Numbered from the stretch's first letter, positions 46,518 through 56,556 are shown. The stretch: 64,000 bases of DNA from an uncultured Methanomassiliicoccales archaeon (GCA_963755265.1 CAVWKV010000082.1:13203-77202); one strand, 5' to 3'. Made by a program: numbers and translations. The notes: generated by a model not told the origin, from the letters alone.

Positions 46518-47474
46518 TCACTCGTAGAGTTCCCTCGCGACTACCGAATCGTAGTTGATCGTGTTGCTGATGATGCCCTTGCCCAGCATCCAGTCCTGCA
46601 CTTTCTGGAACTCCTGCAGGGTTGGCAGGCATGTGTTGCTGAGAATCGGGAATGAATATCCGGCCTCCAAAGCCGGAGGGAAATGGATGTCCTTTTCTAG
46701 AACGTCATAGTAATTTGTGGGGTTAAGGTTGATCAAATTGACGGTATTGTTATAGACGCTCAGGAATTTCTCCATCTCAGCCTCATGGTTGGTTATGAAC
46801 CCGCCATTCATGCCGATCACAGAGGCGGTGATGTTGATGGTGCGGTCATCGGCCACAAGGTGTGCGCCGCCTTGGAGGGCCTGGGTGACATAGGGTTCGG
46901 GCAATATAGCCAATTGGACCTGGTCCTGCATCAGGGTCTGGTACCTGATCGGGATGGCATTGATCTGGGTCTTAGTAAGCTTTCCGGTCATGTTATTCTC
47001 TGCCAGAATGTCATCGAGTACATATTCGGTGACCGTCGCCGATGATGTAGCAACCGTCATTCCCGCTGTGGAATTGATGTTGGTGATATTGTTCCCTGGC
47101 GATGCCACTAATCCGAACATGCGGCATTCTGGGTTCGTATGATAGTCCACGGTAACAACCTTGACATCCTGACCTGTCGATTTCAACAGGAGCGTGTTGA
47201 CCATGTCCCCGAAGTAACCATCGATGGAACCGGCGACAAACGCCGAATCCCTTTCCAGGGCACTGTTAAACTGGATCAGTTCTACATTGAGGCCAGCCTG
47301 TTGGAATAGCCCCCTCTCTTCCGCTGCATATAGCGGGAGCGTATCGATCACCGGTAGGACCCCGATCCGGATTTCGTCACTATGATCCCTAGGTGTAATT
47401 GCGACATAGGTAACAGTGGCAATCAATATAATAGCCAATCCGGCCGCCAATATCTTGATTCGAAGACTTGCCAT
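46518..47474 (-). CDS. ABC transporter substrate-binding protein (NMT1/THI5-like, TauA-type)
   Basis: N-terminal TM/signal anchor, then IRIGVLPVIDTLPLYAAEERGLFQQAGLNVELIQFNS, typical of this SBP class. Confidence 0.8.
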   Translation of the reverse strand: MASLRIKILAAGLAIILIATVTYVAITPRDHSDEIRIGVLPVIDTLPLYAAEERGLFQQAGLNVELIQFNSALERDSAFVAGSIDGYFGDMVNTLLLKSTGQDVKVVTVDYHTNPECRMFGLVASPGNNITNINSTAGMTVATSSATVTEYVLDDILAENNMTGKLTKTQINAIPIRYQTLMQDQVQLAILPEPYVTQALQGGAHLVADDRTINITASVIGMNGGFITNHEAEMEKFLSVYNNTVNLINLNPTNYYDVLEKDIHFPPALEAGYSFPILSNTCLPTLQEFQKVQDWMLGKGIISNTINYDSVVARELYE

Positions 47475-47671
47475 GATAATGCTCCGACAATGTCAGCCAA
47501 ATGCCGACTCCGTTTATTACATTTCCCTTATTCCATCCTTGACATTCCGACCTATTGCTCTTGCCTTCAAGGAGTGTGCTGATCATTCCTGTTTATGCAA
47601 GATGTGGAAGCAAATAGTCTATTATACCTGTCGTTGCAATAGATTCCAGCCTAGAATCTACCAGGTATGGT

Positions 47672-48010
47672 GTGCTGATGGTCATGGAAGAATGGGTCCC
47701 GGTACTGGACGAAAAGGTGCTGGATGAGAACTTTGGAGTGTGTGTCGCACCAAAGGGATTGCCCGTGCTCATGATGAAGCGTTACGGGCAGATATTCGCC
47801 CTTTCAAATCGTTGCCCGCACATGGGATGCGCGCTCGCGGGAGGTTCGATGGACGGATATTTATTGACCTGTCCCTGCCATGACTGGCGATTTGACATCA
47901 GAACAGGCATGATGGTCGAAGGGAATAATGGCATAATTCTAAAGTCGTATGAATGGAGAGTAGATTCCGGTAAAATATCGATAAAGGTCGGGGAGATCGA
48001 TAATGCATAA
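47672..48010 (+). CDS. Rieske [2Fe-2S] domain protein 1
   Basis: CPHMGCALAGGSMDGYLLTCPCH (CxH...CxxH). Confidence 0.8.
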   Translation: MLMVMEEWVPVLDEKVLDENFGVCVAPKGLPVLMMKRYGQIFALSNRCPHMGCALAGGSMDGYLLTCPCHDWRFDIRTGMMVEGNNGIILKSYEWRVDSGKISIKVGEIDNA

Positions 48011-48260
48011 GGTCACAGGATATACGTTGAGCTATTGTCCATGGTGCAAGAAGACAAAGAAGTTCTTCCAAGAACATGGAATCCATTTCGACTTCGTTGA
48101 CTATGATCTGCAGGATGAGAAGGAACAGATGCGGATCGAAGAGGAGATGCGAAAGTACAGCAAGGGCGGAATAGCGTTCCCATACGTAGTGATCGATGGG
48201 ACCGTGGTAGTCGGCTGGAACCCGGATCGATACGAAGAACTGCTTAACATCAAGAAATAG
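48003..48260 (+). CDS. glutaredoxin/thioredoxin-fold protein (CPWC)
   Basis: YTLSYCPWCKKTKKFFQEHGIHFDFVDYD...FPYVVIDG. Overlaps the upstream gene by 8 nt. Confidence 0.8.
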   Translation: MHKVTGYTLSYCPWCKKTKKFFQEHGIHFDFVDYDLQDEKEQMRIEEEMRKYSKGGIAFPYVVIDGTVVVGWNPDRYEELLNIKK

Positions 48261-48610
48261 TGACCTGGATGAACGATGAATTGAGGAAGAAGGCGTTGCA
48301 GGACCAGTTCGGCCCGGTCGTCGACGCCCTAGGATTCAAGTTCACGTCAGATAAGGAGCTTGTCTCCGATCTGCTTGACGCCGAGGTCATGCTCATGCAC
48401 CAGACCGGTATTCCGTTCTGTCCTTGCCAGGGTCGCAGCCGCGACCGCAAGAAGGATATGAAGATCGTGTGTCCCTGCATTCCGTTCCATAAGGAACATT
48501 TTGATGCCATGAAGCGATGCTGGTGTGGGCTCTTCGTTCACAAGGACGTTGAGGATCCCAGCAAACTGCGACAGATCCCATTGGAAGAGATCGGGGGATT
48601 GAGGGATTGA
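48260..48610 (+). CDS. ferredoxin:thioredoxin reductase catalytic-subunit-like protein
   Basis: FCPCQGRSRDRKKDMKIVCPCIPFHKE...RCWCGLFV matches the CPC...CPC...CxC.LF pattern of FTR-C. The start could be ATG 48269. Confidence 0.8.
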   Translation: MTWMNDELRKKALQDQFGPVVDALGFKFTSDKELVSDLLDAEVMLMHQTGIPFCPCQGRSRDRKKDMKIVCPCIPFHKEHFDAMKRCWCGLFVHKDVEDPSKLRQIPLEEIGGLRD

Positions 48611-48990
48611 GGATCAAAGTGGCTTCGGTAAGCGATCTCCTTCCCGGGGGCCTGATGATGGTCCAGGCGCAGGGGATCGATATGGTCCTGTGCAACTTCG
48701 ATGGGATGTTCTACGCATTGGAAAGGCGCTGTGGGCACATGAACGCTCCGTTGGAGCAGGGCACCCTGAACGGGTATATCCTGACCTGCCCAATGCATAG
48801 CGCCCAGTTCTCGGTGGTCACGGGGGAAGTGATCAATGCCGCATTATCTCGGGAGCGAACAACGCCGAAGGTCGATGGTCCAGTGGCAGTTCCTGGTTAC
48901 CTCTCGAAATTGATGGAGAAGGTTAAGACCATGGACGTTCGGTCGTTCCCGGTCTCCGTCGATGGCGATAATGTTTTTGTCGATTTGTAA
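48607..48990 (+). CDS. Rieske [2Fe-2S] domain protein 2
   Basis: CGHMNAPLEQGTLNGYILTCPMH. The track start is TTG; GTG 48619 with GAGGAT upstream is an alternative. Confidence 0.8.
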   Translation: MRIKVASVSDLLPGGLMMVQAQGIDMVLCNFDGMFYALERRCGHMNAPLEQGTLNGYILTCPMHSAQFSVVTGEVINAALSRERTTPKVDGPVAVPGYLSKLMEKVKTMDVRSFPVSVDGDNVFVDL

Positions 48991-49029
48991 TTGGACGATT
49001 TTGTTTGTGAGTGTCGGTTATTGGCCCGA

Positions 49030-49833
49030 TTATTTTGAAGGGAATGCTGCCCCTGTCGAGATGTTCAGAATGATCTCCAGGCCGAGCCCGTTGAACCTCT
49101 TTTTCACCGCTGATCTCAGTTCTTCAGCGTTCTTCGAGGTAATGACCGCTGCATCATAGTAGTTGAGGTATTCCTTCATGAATTTGAGGCATGAAGGGTC
49201 ATCGGTCTTGTTTGGGTCCTTGTGGCCGGCTATGGCCATTACCGGTCGGAACGATTCGATCCTTTCCAATGACCGGATCCAATCCCTTCTCTCCTCCGGC
49301 GTCGTGTTGGCTGTCCAGGGATAGGCACCATTGTATACTATATCCCCACATATAACCGTCTTAAGCGAAGGTATCCAGATATACGAGTTGCCATGGTCAT
49401 CACCCTGTGCATTCATATAGACGGGGAACATCTCCCCTTCGAGCTCCAGGACCATTCCTTTCATCGGAGTTGGGATGATGGGGGTCGATGGGATATTATC
49501 CCCATGTACCGGAGCCCACTGCTCGACCTTGCCTTTCCATGTCTTCTTGATGCTCTCCACGGTGACCGGTGAGGCCATAATCTGGATTTCTGGGAAGGCC
49601 TTCACGATTTCCTGAAGGCCGAAATAATGATCCGGATGGTGGTGGGTGATATAGACCATCCTCAGGCTCTTGCCGCTATCTCTGATCATTGCGACAAGCT
49701 TTCCGGCATCGCTAAGAGTGAATTGAGCGTCAATGAGGATCGCGTCCCGTTCGCCGCATACGAGGGTGGAAACGTTCCAAAGGGCATCCGATGATGCCGT
49801 GAACACCTTCAGGTCCTTTCTTGAGATGGTCAT
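49030..49833 (-). CDS. MBL-fold metallo-hydrolase
   Basis: YITHHHPDHYFG motif and a downstream GH...D pattern. Confidence 0.8.
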   Translation of the reverse strand: MTISRKDLKVFTASSDALWNVSTLVCGERDAILIDAQFTLSDAGKLVAMIRDSGKSLRMVYITHHHPDHYFGLQEIVKAFPEIQIMASPVTVESIKKTWKGKVEQWAPVHGDNIPSTPIIPTPMKGMVLELEGEMFPVYMNAQGDDHGNSYIWIPSLKTVICGDIVYNGAYPWTANTTPEERRDWIRSLERIESFRPVMAIAGHKDPNKTDDPSCLKFMKEYLNYYDAAVITSKNAEELRSAVKKRFNGLGLEIILNISTGAAFPSK

Positions 49834-50052
49834 GGGAGAAACTAGTTTAGCCCAAATTATTTAAACCTCTTGAGCAGGACAGGTAGAGAAGTTTTGCCTT
49901 CTTCTTTCAATTCGCTTCTCTCACAATGAACAACTAAGATCGACAATTGACTTTCTCAGCAAATGGCATATATCACTCTCTTTTATACTTCCCCAAAGAT
50001 GACCTCTTGATGGATCAAGCGCGTACCAGATAGTATAGAAAGTCGGAGAATT

Positions 50053-51488
50053 GTGATGGAACAGAACACCGTCTCTCACCACCCTGGGTGCGAAGAAAAG
50101 CCACGTAATCAGAAGGAAGAGGACCTGCACAGGATCGAATGGATGTTGACAAACTCACCGGGAGAGGTCGACCATAAAGTCGTCACGCAAGAGGCTGCCA
50201 ATCCTACGCAAATGGAGGAAAGGGATTCGCGTCTGATTATAGATGCTGTGGGCAAAACGGTCCTGGAGGAGATCATGCTCGACACATTGAATCTGCTCGG
50301 TACCTCTGCGGCAGTTTATGAAAAAGATGGTACATGTTCCATGGGCATCTTCTCATCTGGCTGGTGTCAGTACCTCGATAACTCTTTTAGGAATGATGAT
50401 AAGGGGAATGACATGGAGAATGGAGGCTTCCTCTGTCACCATCGCTGTTGGAGTGAATCAACACGGCTCATCCAGGAGACGAACGGTCCAGTGGACAGGC
50501 CTTGTCCAGGCGGTTTCCACATCTATGTCGTACCCATCAAAGCCAATGGGGAGATCGTCGGTTCGATCAACATCGGTTACGGAGACCCACCCCAAGACCC
50601 TCAGATCCTAACGCAGATAGCTGATCAGAACCATCTGGATGGCGAGCAGTTGATAAAAGCTGCACAAAGTTATGGTCCAGGCCGCCGTTCATGGTGGAAG
50701 CGGCCAAGAGCCGCATGAGAACCTCCGCGCAATTGATCGGAGTGATCATCGAGAAGCATTTTGCTGAAACAGAACTTGAGATGCGTGCAAATGAGCTTTC
50801 CCGATCGAACAAGGAGCTGGAGCAGTTCGCCTACGTCGCCTCCCATGATCTGAAGGAGCCTTTACGCATGGTCTCAAGCTATCTCTCATTGCTGGAGAAG
50901 AGATATAAAGACATGCTGGATGATGAAGCGCTTGACTACATCGGATTCGCTGTGGATGGCGCAACGCGGATGAACGACTTGGTTGACGGCCTTTTGATGT
51001 ACTCCCGAATCGACCGGAGCACAACCCCCTTCGAACCTGTCGACATGGAAGAGGTGTTCCAGATCGTGAAAACGAATCTCGAGGTCGCCATCGGCGACTC
51101 TGAGGCCAATATCACGCATGATCCGCTCCCTCAGGTGACTGGTGATCGCAGGCAGATGATCCAGCTGTTACAGAACCTGATATCCAGCGCGCTCAAGTTC
51201 CAGAATAGCGGGACTCCTGAGGTGCACGTTTCGGCCGTGGTCGTGGGGAAGGATTGGAAGATATCGGTCAAAGACAATGGTATCGGCATCGCTCCGGAGC
51301 AATCGGAGAGGATATTCCAGATGTTCAGGAGACTTCACACTCGCAACGAATATCCCGGGAATGGTATGGGCCTGGCGATCTCCAAGAAGATAGTGGAACG
51401 ACACGGAGGCAAGATCTGGTTCTTCTAGGAGCCAGGCAAAGGAGCAACATTCTTCTTCACAATACCTTTAACAAAATCCTCCATCTGA
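50053..51488 (+). pseudogene. PocR-domain sensor histidine kinase with frameshift and in-frame TAG
   Basis: The PocR-like region (CHHRCW...PCPGGFHIYVVPIKANGEIVGSINIG) is in one frame, and HisKA/HATPase (FAYVASHDLKEPL...GNGMGLAISKKIVERHGGKIWFF) is in the -1 frame from about 50680. TAG at 51426-51428 precedes the in-frame EPGKGATFFFTIPL. Confidence 0.7.
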
Positions 51489-51795
51489 CTTGGTCTAAGA
51501 GGCTTTTATCGTATCTTAAACCGGATTCTCAAGTCAATGAACCAAGGTGCTACGTTACCCTATTGATTAACTGGACTGCCCGTTTTCGATCTTCAGGCTT
51601 AGAACAAAATGGAGAAAGGGATGGGCACATCAAGACAATGGACGGAGCGGCTATGTACGGGAGAACCGTTGTTAGAGGTCTGTCCCTTCATAGAACAAAC
51701 AGCAAATATGCGAAACAATCAAAAGGTAAGAAAAAGAATAAAGAGAGGCCGAGTAAGCCTCATTTTAACATAGAGATTTATGAAAGCGTTTTGAC

Positions 51796-53262
51796 TCACT
51801 TCTTTTCGTAATATTTGCCCCAATCGCTCGGCTGCTGGTTCGGCATCTCATAGTTTTGCTTGGGTTGCTTTGGCTGCCTCCTCCGGATCAGGACCACGCT
51901 GAGCACAACACCGATCACCACCACCGAACCGATGATTAATAGCCCGAACGGGAACGAGCCGAGCGGGTTGCCGCCATGCCCGGCCCCGGAGGATATGGCC
52001 AGGCCTGTCACTGCCTGCGAGGAGATGTCCGGGTCCTGCACGATGCTCTGCCCGCAGGGGTAGGAAATGCCGACTATGGCTGCGAAGCCGTAGTACTGCC
52101 TTCCACCGAATTGCACGTCGAACGGTATCAGTCTGGTGACCTGTGAGGTGGCGTTCTCGGTCTTGTTGTCGACCGTCACGTTCTGCACCCATTCGAACGT
52201 CCCGATCTTGGTGTTTTCCCCGCCGAAGGTCAGCCTGGGAGTTTTCAGGGAGAAGGCACTGCTCAGCGGCGACGTTCCGTTCAATGTATAAGTTCCTGCG
52301 GTCATGGTTCCGTTGTCACCAGTCGCCGCAACCATCCTCTGACATTCGGACATTTCCATCAGTGAGGTCACCGCCGGAGGGATGTAGTTCTCCACCAGTG
52401 TGCTGTATTCGGCCATGATCGTTGGGTTCGTGTCCCTGGGATCGGCGTCCCAACCGGTGATGTTCTTGTCCCACTTGACGTGGTAGGATGTTACGTTCCC
52501 GGAAAGGGTCAGGTCGCTGGCCTTCTGCAGGTCACCGAACCGGTTGTTGCCCAGCAGCCCCTTGGTCACAGTCACTTTGTACTCGGGAACGGAGATGTTG
52601 TTCACATAGTTCGTTGAGGCCGTGAGGTGGAAGGTCAGTGCGATGCTGTTGAGCATCCCGTCCCCGTTGTTGTCATCCTTGTAATTGTTTGGAATACTGT
52701 AAGTCAGGTTCGTGGCCGTCAGAGTGAAGCTCCAGGTGAGGTTGCCATTCTCCGTTCCATTCTGCCAGTTGCTGGCGGTCCAGGCGGTGTTCAGGTTGAC
52801 ACCTTTGTAAATCTGTTCTTGATCCAGAATGTCGCTCATCGTGTTGCCGATCTGGGGTGTGTAGCTTAGCACACCGTTGCTGCTGTCATTGTACTCTATC
52901 AGCCGGTCCAACTTGACCGCGTACAGGGTGTAGATCTTCAACGGCTTTTGGGTCAGGACGGTTCCGTTAGGTTCGTTGACGTTGAGATAGCCCAGGTATC
53001 TGGAAATATAGGACACGAAATAGATGTTATTGTGAGTTTCATTCGTTCCCCACAAGATGCCGAAGGCGGCATCAGAACCGAATTTCACATAGAAGTGATC
53101 TCCGCCGCCCAGGTCGGTGGTCGTACCGACTTCGGTGGTTATCTTGGAGTTCTGGCTCACGGAAATCGGTGAAGCATTGGCGGCTGGAACAGCGAATCCG
53201 GTGACAAGCAGCATCAGCACTGTCAATATTGATGTGGAAATGATGACTATCTTTTTTCTCAT
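51796..53262 (-). CDS. secreted, C-terminally anchored surface (glyco)protein
   Basis: N-terminal signal-like helix, C-terminal TM helix plus a basic tail, and at least 12 N-x-S/T sequons counted by eye. Confidence 0.6.
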   Translation of the reverse strand: MRKKIVIISTSILTVLMLLVTGFAVPAANASPISVSQNSKITTEVGTTTDLGGGDHFYVKFGSDAAFGILWGTNETHNNIYFVSYISRYLGYLNVNEPNGTVLTQKPLKIYTLYAVKLDRLIEYNDSSNGVLSYTPQIGNTMSDILDQEQIYKGVNLNTAWTASNWQNGTENGNLTWSFTLTATNLTYSIPNNYKDDNNGDGMLNSIALTFHLTASTNYVNNISVPEYKVTVTKGLLGNNRFGDLQKASDLTLSGNVTSYHVKWDKNITGWDADPRDTNPTIMAEYSTLVENYIPPAVTSLMEMSECQRMVAATGDNGTMTAGTYTLNGTSPLSSAFSLKTPRLTFGGENTKIGTFEWVQNVTVDNKTENATSQVTRLIPFDVQFGGRQYYGFAAIVGISYPCGQSIVQDPDISSQAVTGLAISSGAGHGGNPLGSFPFGLLIIGSVVVIGVVLSVVLIRRRQPKQPKQNYEMPNQQPSDWGKYYEKK

Positions 53263-53540
53263 AACAATATGCCCTTATTTGTGCGACTAGATTGCAGAGT
53301 ATATGAATCATTAGCGCAATTTTACACCGATTTTGCAGAAATTGCATTGTGATGTCGCAGATTGCATATGAGCTGAATCGATAAACAATTCTGATCACGG
53401 CCATTTGTAGATAAGGCAGACTGTTGGTTTCGCCTGTCTCTGACGGACCAATTTCCTATGTGGTCTGCCTCCTGGAAACCTGAATGTTCGCTCGGAATAT
53501 GACATTTATTAGGAGCCAGCTCATGAGTTGGAATGGATAA

Positions 53541-53557
53541 TGAATATATTATATTCA
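53541..53557. repeat. inverted repeat TGAATATA-t-TATATTCA in the divergent promoter region
   Basis: 8-bp arms with a 1-nt spacer, inside a very AT-rich stretch between the surface-protein and STAND genes. Confidence 0.5.
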
Positions 53558-53727
53558 TATAATATTACAATAATATATTATTGGATCTATGCATTTGAAT
53601 CTAGGTTTGTAGCCAAAGCCTTAGAATATTAATTGAACATGTATCTGCAGTTGCTTAGCCATGATGTTTATGAGCAATTGTACCAAATAACAATATGTAG
53701 GTTCGTATCTGGAACCGAGAGGACCCT

Positions 53728-56556
53728 ATGACCCGTTTATCTGTCTCCCATAACGAGATGCTGCAACTACACCTCATGGAGCTAGAACCTTTCAGAGCTG
53801 AGATGGAAGTGCCAAAAGAGGCATGCCAGGAGGGTATATCTGAAGTGATGGGCTCCGGCCTCCACAATATCTCCAGGGCGCTCTCGGCCATGACCGCGGA
53901 GGGATTAGTGGAAAGCCGACTATGTCACGTCCGAGGAGCGCCCAAGCGAAGGAAAGCATATTTCCTGACCGAGAAGGGGCTTCAGAGCGCCAGATCGCTG
54001 GTCAAGGATCTGATGTCACGTATGGTATCGTTGGATGATGGTAGGTCGATACGGACCGTCACTCTGGGCGTGGCCATGAAGTCCCTTGAGGACAAGACTG
54101 GGCAGAAACCGAATTTCAGGGACTTCGTGGAATGGGCGCGGATAACCGATACATTGAACCTAGAGATGCTCGCTGAACGGACCAAAGGTGCTGGGTCGTC
54201 CACGCAGCTGATGATGATGTCCTTTGGGCGTCCGGTCGTGGAGCTCTTCGAAGGAAGGGATTCAGAGTTAGCGGAATTGAACGAGTTCATTCATTCCGAG
54301 GAAATGGCATGCGCCTTGGTGATAGGGCTGCCCGGGATCGGAAAGAGCACATTAGCCTCGAAAACGTTCGAGAGCCAGATAAATCAGCGTTCGGCACTTT
54401 GGTATACGGTCCATGAATGGGACTCGATGCAGTCTGTCATGAGGATGTTGTTCAGCTTTTTCCCGAACTCGAGCGAAAATCATCGTTATCCAGATCTCGG
54501 TGGGGAATTTGATGTCTCAGACATCTATCCACTGTTGGTCCTCGGTTTGCGCGATGTTAAACCCATTATCTTCCTGGATGATGTCGATCGTGCCGCACCG
54601 AACGTTTGCGTGCTTCTCGGCCTTCTGTGCGATGCAGTGGGTTCGACCCTGCCCTCGAAGATCGTTCTAGTATCCAGATCAGTACCCGATTTCCTCATTT
54701 CCGGTGCGACTAAGTTCAAGCGGATGGAGCTCAAGTGCATGGATAATAAAGCTTCCTTTACTCTCGCATCCAAGTGGGAGGCGCCTGACCCGGAGGAAGT
54801 GGCCGAGGAGAGCAGCGGTCATCCCTTGATGCTAAGGCTCGCCTGCGAATTGGGTACTGAAGCTGCCCGGGGAAGCATAGACGACATTCTCGGCCAACAC
54901 TTTAATCGTGTTCTTACTCCTCCAGAGAAAGGCATGCTGGAGTTCCTTTCGATCATCCGACTCCCGGTACCTGCCAGGGAACTGCCCGGATTCGTTCCGG
55001 AGACAATGGCATCTCTTAAGCGGAAGGGGTTGGTACAGGAATTTGCTGAGGGGGTTGCGGTTCATAAGTTGGTCCGTGATTATTTCATGTCAAGAATCCC
55101 GCCAGAAGAGGCCATTCGAATGCATCGAATGGCGGTCGATTATTGTCGTGGTCGGACAGGTGAAAGATGGCGTCTCGAGGAGATATCACAAGATCTTGGG
55201 GCGGGGGATTGGGCCAAAGCGACAGACATAATATTAAAAAACAGTGAAGAGCTCATATCCAGTTACCCCGAGGAGTCGATGGCATTGGCCTCTGATGTCC
55301 CTGTGGACCGTTTGGAACCAAGGATTGAAGCCCAAATGTCGTACGTTCGGGGAAGACTACATTACGCACTGGGGAACCCACGCGAAGCGATCAAGGATTT
55401 CGAGCTCTCCCTCTCCATTCTATCGAAAGAGACGGACGAGGCTCTCAGGGCCACGGTCCAGGAGTTCTATGCCCGAACGTTATCGGAATCGAACATGATA
55501 ATGGAATCATTGGATACACATCGTCAGGCGCTGGCATATTATGAGAACGTAAAAGATCGGGCCGGCCAGATCAGGGAATGGATGGGAATAGGTTCGACCT
55601 GGAGAAAGGCTCACGGACTAAAGGAGGCCATGGAGGCCTTCCAGACGGCTCTTGGAATCGCTCGAGAGCAGAACGATACTGCCGCCGTGGCGGCCAACCT
55701 GAATAATTTGGCCATACTTGAATGGGAATCCGGTGATCTGAGGAAGGCGGAGGCGGCCCTCAAGGAATCCATCTCAGAAGCCACGTCGGCAAGGGATGCA
55801 GTGGGTGAGGGCATAGGGGAATCAAATCTCGCCGATCTGTATCTAATTCAATTGAGGGAGAAGGAATCTGAGAACCTTCGCTTGGAATCTGCAGAGACGT
55901 TCCGAAGGGCGGGAGACATCGTCCAGTATAAAAAGATCAAGGCTCGGTGGGCTCGCGAGATGATAGGCGTGGGTCGGAGCGGAGAGGCCAAGGGTGTATT
56001 GGAAAAGGTGATCAGGGATTCCGGACGTTCCATCCGACCCATTCGCAGCCGTAGACCGGGGAACATCGACGACGGCGACTTGGCCTTATTAATGGCATTA
56101 ATCGAGGCGTATCGGGGTTCTGGAGATCGCGAGAAGGCGATGAGGGCGGTCGAGACCTTGTCGCAATTAGCCAAGGATATGGAACGTGAGGATCTGGAAG
56201 CCCAAGCGGAGATGGAAGCATCCCTGAACGAGGAGATTTTCGGAGACCTAGCTGCTTCTCTCTCTCATCTGAAGAAAGCGGAAGGCATCCTGCGGGAACA
56301 GGGGAACAGCGAGGGTCTGGGTGCTGTATATCTGAGGTCGGGGATGATACGCTTACAGTTGGGGGAAAAGGATGGAGCCTTGGTCGATTTGCGCGAAGCA
56401 GCGAGGCATGCCGAACGTTCAGCTAACGTCATCGCTTATGCGGCCTCTCTGGAGGAGTTGGGCGAAGCCCTCGGGTCCATTTCTCCTGAGGGAAGAGGAT
56501 ACCTCGAGAAAGCAAGACAACTTAGGAAGACTGGTCTATTTCAACGGCCGGGATGA
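53728..56556 (+). CDS. wHTH - STAND/AAA NTPase - TPR repeat protein
   Basis: N-terminal wHTH-like segment (ISRALSAMTAEGLVESR...KAYFLTEKG), P-loop VIGLPGIGKST, Walker B IIFLDDVD, and a long C-terminal TPR-like repeat region. Confidence 0.75.
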   Translation: MTRLSVSHNEMLQLHLMELEPFRAEMEVPKEACQEGISEVMGSGLHNISRALSAMTAEGLVESRLCHVRGAPKRRKAYFLTEKGLQSARSLVKDLMSRMVSLDDGRSIRTVTLGVAMKSLEDKTGQKPNFRDFVEWARITDTLNLEMLAERTKGAGSSTQLMMMSFGRPVVELFEGRDSELAELNEFIHSEEMACALVIGLPGIGKSTLASKTFESQINQRSALWYTVHEWDSMQSVMRMLFSFFPNSSENHRYPDLGGEFDVSDIYPLLVLGLRDVKPIIFLDDVDRAAPNVCVLLGLLCDAVGSTLPSKIVLVSRSVPDFLISGATKFKRMELKCMDNKASFTLASKWEAPDPEEVAEESSGHPLMLRLACELGTEAARGSIDDILGQHFNRVLTPPEKGMLEFLSIIRLPVPARELPGFVPETMASLKRKGLVQEFAEGVAVHKLVRDYFMSRIPPEEAIRMHRMAVDYCRGRTGERWRLEEISQDLGAGDWAKATDIILKNSEELISSYPEESMALASDVPVDRLEPRIEAQMSYVRGRLHYALGNPREAIKDFELSLSILSKETDEALRATVQEFYARTLSESNMIMESLDTHRQALAYYENVKDRAGQIREWMGIGSTWRKAHGLKEAMEAFQTALGIAREQNDTAAVAANLNNLAILEWESGDLRKAEAALKESISEATSARDAVGEGIGESNLADLYLIQLREKESENLRLESAETFRRAGDIVQYKKIKARWAREMIGVGRSGEAKGVLEKVIRDSGRSIRPIRSRRPGNIDDGDLALLMALIEAYRGSGDREKAMRAVETLSQLAKDMEREDLEAQAEMEASLNEEIFGDLAASLSHLKKAEGILREQGNSEGLGAVYLRSGMIRLQLGEKDGALVDLREAARHAERSANVIAYAASLEELGEALGSISPEGRGYLEKARQLRKTGLFQRPG

